Virus record (IMG/VR): IMGVR_UViG_3300028610_001217
Direction: 5' to 3' (one strand)
Length of the DNA stretch: 64,000 nt
From: a virus
Lineage: Duplodnaviria > Heunggongvirae > Uroviricota > Caudoviricetes
Shown: one piece after another, positions 45,658 to 55,264 of the stretch
Position numbering within the stretch: position 1 is the first letter of the stretch
How the letters are laid out: each line of letters starts with the position of its first letter
Position numbers and translations under genes: made by a program
The notes under the pieces: model-generated
Database searches by the model: none
Told to the model about the DNA's origin: nothing
Seen by the model: only the letters and a program-made list of their open reading frames with translations

Positions 45658-46056
45658 TCAACCCTTTCTGTCGTTATTGTTTATCGCAATCCACAACTCA
45701 GCTAAAGCTTCGGCTGGGGAGTCGCCTTGACATGAAAACTCAGCCGGTTCGCCTACAAGATAAGCACAAGCATGGTGCCCAATGTTGTTGCCCCAAACCA
45801 ATTCAAGTCGTAGCCGTTTGGCGGCGCACAGGGGCTTAAGCGCCTCCCACAATTCATCAGTATCAGGTTCAGATATCCACCTGTCCCTTAATTTGTCTGC
45901 CATTTCTTGTGGGAAACCAGGAGAAACTATATAGCTTGCCCAATCCGCTCTTTGCTCGGTTTCCTTATCCCAACCATAAAGAGACCCCGACTCATACCCC
46001 GCCTCTTTCAGTCTCTTTGCTAATTCTAGTTTCATGCTCGTACTCCCGTAGTGCAC
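45658..46056 (-). CDS. hypothetical protein, paralog family C
   Basis: MKLELAKRLKEAGY...; paralog of 35990..36346. Confidence 0.35.
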   Translation of the reverse strand: MHYGSTSMKLELAKRLKEAGYESGSLYGWDKETEQRADWASYIVSPGFPQEMADKLRDRWISEPDTDELWEALKPLCAAKRLRLELVWGNNIGHHACAYLVGEPAEFSCQGDSPAEALAELWIAINNNDRKG

Positions 46057-46241
46057 TTAACACTCTTCGGTTCTAATTTTATAGCAATCATCATCCCGCG
46101 CTTACTACAGGTTCCCAGAACATTAGGGGCAAACGAACCCGCCGTAGAAAACGACGTACATTCTCCACAATACTCCGGCCTATCTTCAACCGGCGTATCT
46201 ACTTCGGGCTCAACTTTCCTAAATATCTTTGGTAGTTTCAT
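46032..46241 (-). CDS. hypothetical small protein
   Basis: 69-aa ORF. Confidence 0.25.
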   Translation of the reverse strand: MKLPKIFRKVEPEVDTPVEDRPEYCGECTSFSTAGSFAPNVLGTCSKRGMMIAIKLEPKSVKCTTGVRA

Positions 46242-46307
46242 AGCGCCTCTTTCGCATTGAAGCTCACGGCTAAACCGTAGAGGCTGCGCTAACTCTTAGA
46301 AATAAAA

Positions 46308-46724
46308 CTAAGCGCTAACGACCTTATCGAAGTCGATGACAACCATTTTAGAGCGCTTATCATACGTGACTTTATAGTGCTTGCCGTTGCCCCGTGTGTC
46401 ACGCAACTTCTGGGCCGACAAAACGACGCCGATTCCTACTTGCCGAATTGTCTTGTTTTTACTGCTCCGTATTTTGCTGATCTTCCGGCTGTGCCCTAAA
46501 TCGTCACCATTAGGCACAACCTTCAACCCGACCGCCTTACGCCCGCTGTCAGTAAAGAGGTTAACGTGACCATCAATACCATTGTCGGTAAACAGCTGGG
46601 ACGCCGCTAGGTTAAATGAAGCTGCCCCAGCCCTAGTAATCCGGCAATTAGGTATTGCCCTGGCCTCTTCACTGTTGCCACGGACCCCTCTTTGACTATC
46701 TGTCTTGAACTGTGTAAAACCCAT
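46308..46724 (-). CDS. hypothetical protein
   Basis: 138-aa ORF. Confidence 0.35.
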   Translation of the reverse strand: MGFTQFKTDSQRGVRGNSEEARAIPNCRITRAGAASFNLAASQLFTDNGIDGHVNLFTDSGRKAVGLKVVPNGDDLGHSRKISKIRSSKNKTIRQVGIGVVLSAQKLRDTRGNGKHYKVTYDKRSKMVVIDFDKVVSA

Positions 46725-46864
46725 TTACGTCTTTCCTCCCATACTTTGATCTTTCCCACAAACGGTACACCGATATCCTTTATCGGTAGAATTGTGAACC
46801 CGCCTGCCTTTGCCGTGCAGCTTATCCTGACCAGAATGCTTACACGTACAAGTTAGAACCAACG

Positions 46865-47134
46865 TTATCCCTCCTCTTCAAACAAATGCCAGATAAACGT
46901 ACCGCCTGCCATTTGCCACGTACCTATATATATTAAATCAGGCAAATCATGCCCCGTACCAAACACTCGAAACTTACGAACCACTTCCGCAACTTCAGGG
47001 TCGGTATCAACTACAGCCCAAAGCATCCCCTCACCCTTTTGCTCGTGAACTTGTATGATAACCGCCCCAACCGGCATAGTTAACTCAAAGCTATCCGCAA
47101 CCGGCAGTGGGAATTTCCATATCTGCTTAGCCAC
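46865..47134 (-). CDS. hypothetical protein
   Basis: 89-aa ORF. Confidence 0.3.
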   Translation of the reverse strand: MAKQIWKFPLPVADSFELTMPVGAVIIQVHEQKGEGMLWAVVDTDPEVAEVVRKFRVFGTGHDLPDLIYIGTWQMAGGTFIWHLFEEEG

Positions 47135-47136
47135 GC

Positions 47137-47742
47137 CTAATCGTCCATTCCGTCCATCATGCGCTTAAGGTCATCTAAGTCGCCGCCGAAGAAGCCACCG
47201 CTCATTCCACCGCCGCGACTCTTCATAAATTTCTTAAATTTTTCCAACATATCTTCCATACCGTTATCCTCAAACGATATGACAACGATCTTACCGTTGC
47301 GCAGCCGTATGGCCGTTGTGTCAGTTTCCCAACACTCATAATGATCGTTGATTTCCAGCCACGTAGCTTGCATGAGGATCTTTGCTATCTGGCTAAACTT
47401 CCGCGCTTTCCGCGTCAACGTAAGGTCGTTGTTGTTCCGCAGCTTCAGCTTTAGCTCCGTCTCAAGGTGGCACTGCATATAATGGCGCGACGCCCTCATG
47501 ATCCGCTCAATACCTTTATCGAGTGATTCGCAAACTACATCGCGCTTGCCATCAACCTCTTCGTCCCAGATCTCAAGGCTACCAAAAAAGTCGTCATCCT
47601 GGATCTCCTCAGCACCCGCTAAATAAACATCGAGCCCGAGCGTATCCTCAGCGCCACCTTTAATCTCAGCGCCGCCACTATCGCCCGTACTCCTTGAAGC
47701 CTTAACTATGCCTGCAAATTCATCGTCATTTTCCTTCTTCAT
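47137..47742 (-). CDS. acidic hypothetical protein
   Basis: 201 aa; Gly-rich C-terminal tail GGGMSGGFFGGDLDD. Confidence 0.35.
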   Translation of the reverse strand: MKKENDDEFAGIVKASRSTGDSGGAEIKGGAEDTLGLDVYLAGAEEIQDDDFFGSLEIWDEEVDGKRDVVCESLDKGIERIMRASRHYMQCHLETELKLKLRNNNDLTLTRKARKFSQIAKILMQATWLEINDHYECWETDTTAIRLRNGKIVVISFEDNGMEDMLEKFKKFMKSRGGGMSGGFFGGDLDDLKRMMDGMDD

Positions 47743-47799
47743 CTAGCTCCTCCCTCCGCTACTATTACTACAATACTTCGTACCCTATTACCTTCAAAC

Positions 47800-48204
47800 T
47801 TAAACCGGCTTAAGTTTAGTTGGTTCTTCTGGCCCCGGTTCCGATTCCTTAGCTTTCTTACCCTTGACAATATGACCGACCGTCTTAGTCGTATCTCCAA
47901 TATCCTTATATTGCCCAGTGTTTTCTACTTCTTTGGTCTTATGTTGAGTCCCGGCAAAATCTGGCAATACGATTTCCCCAACAAATTGTTCAGTAGTTAA
48001 TTCGCCGCAACCAGTACACTTTGATACTACCGTAGTAAAGCCATAAACATACTTCGCCATACGCTCTCCCGAAATATTCCCGGTCACCCCGCGATTAAGT
48101 GGTGGCGTAAACGTAGTGCTTATAGCTTCCCAATAATGCCTACAAATCGGTGGATCAAATGGCCACATATTATTCTCCCCCTTCCTCGTTTCCATCTGAA
48201 TCAT
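47800..48204 (-). CDS. hypothetical protein
   Basis: 134-aa ORF. Confidence 0.3.
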   Translation of the reverse strand: MIQMETRKGENNMWPFDPPICRHYWEAISTTFTPPLNRGVTGNISGERMAKYVYGFTTVVSKCTGCGELTTEQFVGEIVLPDFAGTQHKTKEVENTGQYKDIGDTTKTVGHIVKGKKAKESEPGPEEPTKLKPV

Positions 48205-48379
48205 TACTATCTATCAATATCATAATTAAACCAAAAGTCCCATAACTTAACCCGGCTATAATAAGCCCTACTGATAACCCTTCATCAAGATAAGCTGCAT
48301 ACGATATAAGGCCGATAGCAACTGCAACTATAAAACCTCCCGAGAAGCTCTTGAGCGTCATTAATTCACATCCCGCCAT
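48170..48379 (-). CDS. small membrane protein
   Basis: 69 aa; two TM helices. Confidence 0.25.
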   Translation of the reverse strand: MAGCELMTLKSFSGGFIVAVAIGLISYAAYLDEGLSVGLIIAGLSYGTFGLIMILIDSNDSDGNEEGGE

Positions 48380-48855
48380 ATATTAGTTATCCACGTGCTA
48401 TGAGTTTTATCGTTTGCCATGGGTTCATTAAACTCAATGCCATCGTCAGTTCGTTTATATTCTATCATGGTACTTGAGCTGCTACGTGCCGTTACACGCG
48501 CCACGATTATGGCTTCCCGGCTAGTTGGGTCTTCAGATAGCCTGCCTTTTATTTTATCTCGCTCAACTAACGCCTCTTCCCACGTTTCACTCTCAAACTG
48601 CTTAAAGTGAGCATCCGAAACAAACAACACAGTATGAAAGCTTTCTTCATCCACTATCTTTCTTATTTCTCTGACAAGCTTTTGTTTGGCCCCCGGCTCA
48701 TTCAAATCCATAAGCACAGGAAGTACGCCTACTTCTTTATCCAAAGTATCGCCTATCATAAAGAACACCGGCATCAAATTTTGGCCGTCCACAAGGAATT
48801 CTTTGGCCTGCTTTATAACTACATCTTCAACAAATCTATCTATATCAACTGGCAT
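48361..48855 (-). CDS. hypothetical protein
   Basis: 164-aa ORF. Confidence 0.35.
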   Translation of the reverse strand: MPVDIDRFVEDVVIKQAKEFLVDGQNLMPVFFMIGDTLDKEVGVLPVLMDLNEPGAKQKLVREIRKIVDEESFHTVLFVSDAHFKQFESETWEEALVERDKIKGRLSEDPTSREAIIVARVTARSSSSTMIEYKRTDDGIEFNEPMANDKTHSTWITNIWRDVN

Positions 48856-49222
48856 AGCAATCCCTCCCCGTTAATACCGTATTAAAGAACGGCAACAACG
48901 CCTCAGCATCGCCCCTCATTAGCCTCCACTTACTAGCCAAGTAACCAGCCTCACCCATCTCAGAGCCTACTGGCAACGAATATGATAAGTGCCTATCTAT
49001 ATTAATTTGAACACCCGTGCCTGAACCGTCTTCGTAAATAACGTCAAGAGGTATGGCTGCCGACAGCGGCACAAAGCTCATCTCAAACCGGGTCATGTTG
49101 CCAAGCGATAACGAGATAGCAACTGGCTCGCAAAGACCAACGACCCGTTCGTGAATCCACAGCGCCGACTCAACGCAGTTCTCAACCTGACCATATTCAT
49201 CTATAACTAACCTATGCATCAA
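48845..49222 (-). CDS. hypothetical protein
   Basis: 125-aa ORF. Confidence 0.3.
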   Translation of the reverse strand: MMHRLVIDEYGQVENCVESALWIHERVVGLCEPVAISLSLGNMTRFEMSFVPLSAAIPLDVIYEDGSGTGVQINIDRHLSYSLPVGSEMGEAGYLASKWRLMRGDAEALLPFFNTVLTGRDCYAS

Positions 49223-49567
49223 TTAGCCCTTCTCCTTCATGGCAACTACTCTATGGCAAGCCGCATCATCTATCTTCCTGCCTACACAAATTGCCCAACC
49301 AGGCTTAAGTTCAATTTCTTCCCCGTCTAGAAAAGGATAAACTTTCTCTAGCCTATCATGAATAACGGTCTCATTACCAGGAGCCACAGCCTTTGCCGAC
49401 TCCTTGCAATCTATCCATAAACCCCCGCGCTGCTTAATCATACGCCGCCCCTCTGCATTGCTGAGTGTCATATTAGCGTCCTTAAGCAACTTTGGTAACC
49501 AGTATGTTCCCGCCTTAACGAAAACTCTGTATGGCCTTCTGTACGCTGGTTTACTCGTTAAAGTCAT
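49223..49567 (-). CDS. S4-like RNA-binding domain protein
   Basis: LSNAEGRRMIKQRGGLWID resembles the S4 RNA-binding motif (as in the TyrRS C-terminus or Hsp15). Confidence 0.35.
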   Translation of the reverse strand: MTLTSKPAYRRPYRVFVKAGTYWLPKLLKDANMTLSNAEGRRMIKQRGGLWIDCKESAKAVAPGNETVIHDRLEKVYPFLDGEEIELKPGWAICVGRKIDDAACHRVVAMKEKG

Positions 49568-49595
49568 ACTTGCTTATACCCCAAGCACTACTCGC

Positions 49596-49799
49596 CTAAT
49601 CTTTGTCCGGCAAAACAACCTTACCCCGCAAGTGCTTATGCTGCGCTAAGCGTGCATCCTCGTCATGTAGTTTAGCTATTTGATCGCCCAACGCAGCAAG
49701 CTCCTTATCATTTTCTCGAAGCAATTTTAATAAATCAAATGCCGCAACAGAAAGCGCTACAATAAATGCAGCCATAATTATTATTGCAATCAACATCAA
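49596..49799 (-). CDS. small membrane protein
   Basis: 67 aa; N-terminal TM helix. Confidence 0.25.
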   Translation of the reverse strand: MMLIAIIIMAAFIVALSVAAFDLLKLLRENDKELAALGDQIAKLHDEDARLAQHKHLRGKVVLPDKD

Positions 49800-50470
49800 T
49801 CTTCACCCCCCCCAATACCTATAAGCGCCGGATTAAGAACACCGCCGTTTTCGTTAGCCTTTTCACCCTCGTTACCCATCTGAGTATCAAGGTTATGCCA
49901 CTTTCTTAATTCCTCGCCGTGAACCCAAACCTGAGATAAGATATTAACCGACACACCGTACATGAATCCAGTAATCCCTTCCTTGTCTGCTTCGTGGCCA
50001 CAAGCCTTAGCGATCTGTTCCAACTCAGCACCTTTAGCCAACTCCCGCTCCATATAATTCGCCCATCGAGCTATATACCGGATACAACAACTGCCATAAT
50101 CATCGTCGTTCATCTCAACTTGTTTATGCCACTCGTCTTGCTTATCCCCCCTTACTACAAAAGAGTGTAGCGGTTCTTTCTTGAACTCCGCAGTACGTTT
50201 CTCAGCCTCTGCCATCATAACTTTATGAGCTTTACCTTCCGGAGTTTTATTCCATTCTTCCTGTTCCCTATTAACAATATCCCAATACGCTTGAATGACA
50301 TCCTTGACTAAGCTCTTCGGCGAAACCTGTATTCGCTTTTCGTTAAAAATAAGAGTGAAAGTTTGACCCTCCACGTTAGCCATATGAACAACCTTGTTGG
50401 CAGCCTTATCGATACTGCCATATGGGGCTTCATATTCCCACCCGGCCTTAGGTGTCTTCCGCGTTGCCAA
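49796..50470 (-). CDS. hypothetical protein
   Basis: 224-aa ORF. Confidence 0.35.
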   Translation of the reverse strand: MATRKTPKAGWEYEAPYGSIDKAANKVVHMANVEGQTFTLIFNEKRIQVSPKSLVKDVIQAYWDIVNREQEEWNKTPEGKAHKVMMAEAEKRTAEFKKEPLHSFVVRGDKQDEWHKQVEMNDDDYGSCCIRYIARWANYMERELAKGAELEQIAKACGHEADKEGITGFMYGVSVNILSQVWVHGEELRKWHNLDTQMGNEGEKANENGGVLNPALIGIGGGED

Positions 50471-50633
50471 ACTGCATCCTTCCCAACAAATTGACCATCT
50501 CTGCTTCGCCCATTTTTGCTAATTCATCCGCTCCATTCGATGCTTCTTTTATTTCTTTATCTAGATATTCCAGCGCTGGCCCCTCACCGAATACACCCAA
50601 CACCATTTCCCGATGATACCCTAATGTCCTCAA
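50448..50633 (-). CDS. hypothetical small protein
   Basis: 61-aa ORF. Confidence 0.25.
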   Translation of the reverse strand: MRTLGYHREMVLGVFGEGPALEYLDKEIKEASNGADELAKMGEAEMVNLLGRMQFGNAEDT

Positions 50634-50881
50634 CTGCTACCGCACCCGCATCCACTTAGTTCAGCATTAAGCCTAATAACTTCGCCGATAAGTGTACCCA
50701 CGTCTTGGCGAGCATGACTAACAAAGTTAGCATCCGGGTCACTAAGCCAAGCAAGCTGGCCTATCGCTTCCCCCCCGACTAAAATAGGCTCCGATAAAAC
50801 CTCAGCCGGTTGTTCTAAGGCCGGTGACGCAGCGTGCCACCGTTCCTCTATCTCTAATAGTTCTTTCATTCGATCATTCAT
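50630..50881 (-). CDS. hypothetical protein
   Basis: 83 aa; preceded by an AGGAGG Shine-Dalgarno sequence 7 nt upstream of the ATG. Confidence 0.35.
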   Translation of the reverse strand: MNDRMKELLEIEERWHAASPALEQPAEVLSEPILVGGEAIGQLAWLSDPDANFVSHARQDVGTLIGEVIRLNAELSGCGCGSS

Positions 50882-50986
50882 TTCACTACCTCCTAAAAAC
50901 CCTTTTTCTACCGCTCGGGTGGCTACTCAGCTTAGTAGTACGCCTGGAGAAAGGACTTTTTGCCTTTCACCCACCCTCGCGGTTCG

Positions 50987-51039
50987 CAGCGGTAGCGGGA
51001 TTCGAACCCGCAAAACCATGCCCTAATGCGCATACCGCT
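50987..51039 (-). ncRNA. 53-nt tRNA-like mini-element lacking an anticodon arm
   Basis: Perfect 7-bp acceptor AGCGGTA/TACCGCT and perfect T-arm GCGGG-TTCGAAT-CCCGC, with only about 20 nt (including an ATGCGCAT palindrome) in between. Confidence 0.3.
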
Positions 51040-51052
51040 CGCCGTGCCTAAC

Positions 51053-51982
51053 TTACTCAGGCGCTTGCATCAATAGCGATATGTCGCTAGCACCAACAAA
51101 CTTCGGCAACACGCCATCCCAGGTATCTAAGTAGCGTTGTTTTAGAACCCCCGGTGTCAAACTTCGGTCAAGCAATTCATTCGCTTTAGCCGTTCCCTCA
51201 GCCTTGAGAATACGAGCTTGCTTAATACCCTCAGCTTCCGCTATCGCCTGCTTAGCTTCAGCCTCTTTAGTTACTACAATGAGCTGAGCTTTCTTAGCAA
51301 GCTGTTTCTGCTTAACCTTATCCTCAATCGCCAACATGAAGTCCTCGTCGAACGATATGTTCTCGACCGAAACATCATCAATGATGATATTAGACTTCGC
51401 CAATCTAGCGCCTAGCGTTGCCAGAATCATATCGCCTAGCTTATCCCGGTTAGCTATCATATCCTCAGCATCAAACTTAGCTGTAGACCGCTTGATAGCG
51501 TCCTGCGTTTTAGGCGCAATAATCCTAGCGTTAACTTCACTTGTCAACCCGTAATCCTGATAAATCTTATGGACCTTCCTTGGGTCGAAATGATAGTTAA
51601 TGGCAACCACGGTCTTGACATTCTGCGTATCCTTTGAAGCTGCTGCCGCCGTAACCGGATGCTTTTGAACTCGTACTTCCATCAAAATTACGCTCTCAAT
51701 AGCCGGTGTAACAACGTTAAAACCCTCACCTAGGATGCGGCTCTTAACTCCCGAACCTTGAGAGAAGACGACCCCACGATGACCCGCCGGAATAATCTGG
51801 ATGGCCGAGAAGAATATCAGCAGCGTAATCAGCAATAAAGTGCTAACAAAAAACCGCCCGAATGGTACTTTCTCAGCACCCCGGATTTGGCCGCCGACCC
51901 GATTCCACTTGAAGCCTGCGAAAACGAACGCCGCAAGACCGGCAAATGCAATAATAAACATTAAAAACTTAACTAAACCCAT
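51053..51982 (-). CDS. SPFH/Band-7 (prohibitin/HflC-like) domain protein
   Basis: N-terminal TM helices, then IPAGHRGVVFSQGSG ... GEGFNVVTPAIESVILMEVRVQ band-7 core, then a long Ala/Lys/Glu coiled coil. Confidence 0.7.
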   Translation of the reverse strand: MGLVKFLMFIIAFAGLAAFVFAGFKWNRVGGQIRGAEKVPFGRFFVSTLLLITLLIFFSAIQIIPAGHRGVVFSQGSGVKSRILGEGFNVVTPAIESVILMEVRVQKHPVTAAAASKDTQNVKTVVAINYHFDPRKVHKIYQDYGLTSEVNARIIAPKTQDAIKRSTAKFDAEDMIANRDKLGDMILATLGARLAKSNIIIDDVSVENISFDEDFMLAIEDKVKQKQLAKKAQLIVVTKEAEAKQAIAEAEGIKQARILKAEGTAKANELLDRSLTPGVLKQRYLDTWDGVLPKFVGASDISLLMQAPE

Positions 51983-52008
51983 ACGTCCCCCTTAAATTGA
52001 TTACATGA

Positions 52009-52383
52009 TTAATGAAGTACTGGTGGCTCTATCGGCTCCTCATGTTCTCCCCCCTTTTCCCCAGGCAATCTTTCAATTTGTTGGATTAATTGATCTAAGC
52101 GCTTCCCAATTATTGAATTAAATTTTTCAGTTTCCCCTAGGCTTTCCTTAAACTCTTGAAGTAAGCGGTGCCTACTAACTACGTGCCAGGAAAACACCAC
52201 TAAGAATGTACCCTGAACGCCTAGTAGAAAATAAGAAAGTGAACTGCCAACAGCAAGAACAAACAAAAGGTTGATACCTGTTGATAGGAGTGTTGGCCAA
52301 ATTATCTTAATGACCCTAGCATCTTTTATTTCTTGAAGTAATTTTTTCATTAGGTATTTATACCCCCAGGTCGCCAATTCCAA
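52009..52383 (-). CDS. membrane protein (possible partner of the SPFH protein)
   Basis: 124 aa; two TM helices; immediately downstream of the SPFH gene. Confidence 0.3.
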   Translation of the reverse strand: MELATWGYKYLMKKLLQEIKDARVIKIIWPTLLSTGINLLFVLAVGSSLSYFLLGVQGTFLVVFSWHVVSRHRLLQEFKESLGETEKFNSIIGKRLDQLIQQIERLPGEKGGEHEEPIEPPVLH

Positions 52384-53069
52384 ACCTCTTCGCCGTTAAG
52401 ATAGCAACCATCTACCTTGCCCGGCCTAACATATTTGCATAAGAAATCAACCTTGCCTTCACGCTCAACCCGCCAAATAATACCCTCAGCTTTATCAATC
52501 GCCCCATGGTGCCCATGCTCGCCTAAAAGAACTAATGCGTTCTCAAGATTAACAGCTCTTTCGTCACCAAAAGAAAGCATAAATGTCCGATTAAATTTAT
52601 ACGTCCGGTGGAAAAGTTCATAATATGTCGCTCTTTCGTGGCCATTTCGCATAATATCAAAAACTACAAAAGGATCTTCAGTCCAATCATTAGGTAAGTT
52701 ATACCTAGTCCCATGCGCTTGAGCTAACCATTCACCAACCAACCGTTCGCCTTCTTCTAGGAATTCAAAACGCTCGATATTCTTCCGCACCCAATCGGCA
52801 AATAGTTGATGTTGTTCGAATGGTGACGACTGGGCCAAGTACCCGGCACGCCCTAGCGCTAACAATTTACCGTCAACCCTAGCTACCGAGACGTTACTAC
52901 CGTCAAGCTTTTCTTGAACTATAACCGTATCGCCCTTGCGTGGTTTTTCGAGCGCTATCCGTTCTTGACCGGCCTCAATCTTATGATCACCTGGCCCTAA
53001 CCGGCTGCCACTAATATGTGGAATCGAGCCGTATGATTTATGTCCCAGTGGCTTGTTCATCTTCACCAA
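52350..53069 (-). CDS. RNA ligase-like nucleotidyltransferase (KxDG)
   Basis: Motif I VQEKLDGSNVSV; motif III-like VVFDI; motif IV EGIIWRV; motif V LCKYVRPGK. 239 aa. Confidence 0.5.
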   Translation of the reverse strand: MVKMNKPLGHKSYGSIPHISGSRLGPGDHKIEAGQERIALEKPRKGDTVIVQEKLDGSNVSVARVDGKLLALGRAGYLAQSSPFEQHQLFADWVRKNIERFEFLEEGERLVGEWLAQAHGTRYNLPNDWTEDPFVVFDIMRNGHERATYYELFHRTYKFNRTFMLSFGDERAVNLENALVLLGEHGHHGAIDKAEGIIWRVEREGKVDFLCKYVRPGKVDGCYLNGEEVWNWRPGGINT

Positions 53070-53280
53070 CTAAAGTAATCTTTAACAACTTTTTATTAAC
53101 GGCATCAAACCCTCTTTGGCCGCTATCAGCCAATTTAGCCACAACATCAAGAGCTTCACTTACCGGTAACCCGTCAACTAGGAATAACGTCGTCCGCCAC
53201 GCAGGTTGAGTATAGGGACTAACTGTGCTTCTTAACTCCCGTATAACCGCCTGCCTTATTCGTTCGTCAGCACTGATCAT
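53038..53280 (-). CDS. hypothetical protein
   Basis: 80-aa ORF. Confidence 0.3.
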   Translation of the reverse strand: MISADERIRQAVIRELRSTVSPYTQPAWRTTLFLVDGLPVSEALDVVAKLADSGQRGFDAVNKKLLKITLVGEDEQATGT

Positions 53281-53428
53281 TCAGCCTCCGCCTCCTCTTC
53301 GTGGAACTTATGACAATTGCCGCAATATTTATACTCAACATCGTCTGGGCACCAACTAATCCGGTCGCACCGCAGACACATTATACCTACCTTATTCCCC
53401 TTTTTAATGAGTTTATAACTAGCCCCCA

Positions 53429-53971
53429 TTAAAGCCTGCCAAACATAAGATTAATGTTGATGCCGAAATTACCGTCATAGCCCGGAACATCCCCGACAAC
53501 ATCTATTACCGCTTGAGCATGTTTACCTTTTCCTTCATTAGTAGTACACCTAAGGTAATTCCTCTCAACCTCAATTGCTTTAGTTATTCCCATAATCATA
53601 ATGCCGCATTGATGTTGTATCCAGTCGCCGTCCTTACGCGGAAACTGTTGCGAATCATGATGCCCTGTATCGAAGCCATAAACCATGCCGAGCTCGTCTT
53701 CCTCCGCATAAGTAATGCCGCCATGAACAGGAACATAAGTTAAAATACCCCAATACCCTTTCTCACGTACCGGTCTCTTAGGATAAATTACATAGCCGTT
53801 ATACCCAGCAAAATCAAACATCTCCGGGTCTTTACCTTCTGCTTTCCACCAAGGCTCTTCGCCATCAAGTTCCCGTTGCATCATAGGGTTAGGCACTACC
53901 CAATATTCTAGATCGCCGATAACGCCAACCCTGTCCGCCGCTTCTTTAATGTCAACATTACTCATTCTCAC
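53429..53971 (-). CDS. hypothetical protein
   Basis: 180-aa ORF. Confidence 0.35.
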   Translation of the reverse strand: MRMSNVDIKEAADRVGVIGDLEYWVVPNPMMQRELDGEEPWWKAEGKDPEMFDFAGYNGYVIYPKRPVREKGYWGILTYVPVHGGITYAEEDELGMVYGFDTGHHDSQQFPRKDGDWIQHQCGIMIMGITKAIEVERNYLRCTTNEGKGKHAQAVIDVVGDVPGYDGNFGININLMFGRL

Positions 53972-54170
53972 TCAATTGTTCCCTAGCTTCCGCAAGTTCT
54001 TTCTCCATCTTACGCAATTCCGCGCCTAATATCCTGCACTCCCTCGGGGTGATGGTTAAATAAAGCTTATTATTTGCAGCAATCCTTAATTGATGCCCTA
54101 ACGCCTTTATAGTGTCAGTTGGTATATCTATGCTCGATACATCCTTTTCTCCATTCATAAACTTTTGCAC
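53958..54170 (-). CDS. hypothetical small protein
   Basis: 70-aa ORF. Confidence 0.25.
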   Translation of the reverse strand: MQKFMNGEKDVSSIDIPTDTIKALGHQLRIAANNKLYLTITPRECRILGAELRKMEKELAEAREQLSENE

Positions 54171-54398
54171 TTAATGCTCCTTGCCGCACCCACACTCATG
54201 ACAACCTTGAGTATTCACGTCATCCCTAAGTTCATCCGGCAACGTCATTACCGCTACCGCGATAACGCATTCAGGACAACCGATTAATAGTTTCCCCTCC
54301 TCTTTCTTAACAACGATCTCAAGCTTTCCGCACCCGCACTTAGCACAGTGCAAGTAAAGTTCCGTTGTTTCGGTTATTTCAATATCTTTCTCAGGCAT
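54171..54398 (-). CDS. zinc-ribbon small protein
   Basis: 75 aa; CAKCGCGK ... CPEC ... CHECGCGKEH. Confidence 0.3.
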   Translation of the reverse strand: MPEKDIEITETTELYLHCAKCGCGKLEIVVKKEEGKLLIGCPECVIAVAVMTLPDELRDDVNTQGCHECGCGKEH

Positions 54399-54759
54399 CT
54401 TTTAGTCCTCCATCAATTATGTTGCCGTCTTTGTCTAGTATTCGCCAAGCCACCCAATCAAACCAAATATGCCCTTTTAGGGAATTATGGGCATCCCGAA
54501 GTTTTTCATATTTCCCCATAGTTATCCAAAACAACCCATCATGAATATTTTGGCAAGGAAACAACTCCCAGCAACCCGGTTCGCCTTGCCAATTAAAGTA
54601 CCAGTGATGCGCTTCACGTAAGAACTGAACCTTTATTTCTTTCTTCTTCTTGCGGCTATTCTTTTTCACCCTGGGCGGTTCATCACTACCGCCTTGGCGG
54701 AACTTCTTATTCTTAACCGACGACTCGCGGTAGCTACTATTAAAGAATTTACCGCCCAC
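54391..54759 (-). CDS. hypothetical protein
   Basis: 122-aa ORF. Confidence 0.3.
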   Translation of the reverse strand: MGGKFFNSSYRESSVKNKKFRQGGSDEPPRVKKNSRKKKKEIKVQFLREAHHWYFNWQGEPGCWELFPCQNIHDGLFWITMGKYEKLRDAHNSLKGHIWFDWVAWRILDKDGNIIDGGLKDA

Positions 54760-54890
54760 GAAATAACCCCCCGAAAGACCACGCTGTCATAAAACCAAAA
54801 AGCACAGCCCAAGACCATAAACCGCTATACAGGTTCAAGCCCATCATTACACCAAATAAAATGACTGGAAACAGATGAAATATTTTAACT

Positions 54891-55241
54891 TTATTTCCCA
54901 CCAATTACCCATGCCTCCATATCTTCGTACTTTATCGCCGGCAAAAGCTTATTGTCTATTTCATAAGAGCGAATGCCGGTCCACACTATATTTGCCAATT
55001 CCATAGCTTTTAGGTTTACTTTATCGCCCATTATCCCCTGAAACTTATCAATATGATTTCGATACTCTTCCGAATCCTTAGGCGCAATATATTCCATGTA
55101 ACATATGAGTCGCCTTTCTATCAAGAATTTATTTTGACTATCCTTCTTTATTTTGTTCAATGCTACTATTAGTACCACAGTTACAATTGTTGGATACAAA
55201 AACATATAATAAACAATAAAGTTTTCTAAGGTCATACTCAA
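54891..55241 (-). CDS. membrane protein
   Basis: 116 aa; N-terminal TM helix. Confidence 0.3.
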   Translation of the reverse strand: MSMTLENFIVYYMFLYPTIVTVVLIVALNKIKKDSQNKFLIERRLICYMEYIAPKDSEEYRNHIDKFQGIMGDKVNLKAMELANIVWTGIRSYEIDNKLLPAIKYEDMEAWVIGGK

Positions 55242-55264
55242 ACCCCTTTCTAATTAAAATTTCG

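Noticed and set aside
50824-51051. Plus-strand ORF 50824..51051
   Set aside because: Covers the tRNA-like mini-element and the upstream SD/start region of a minus-strand gene; antisense artefact.
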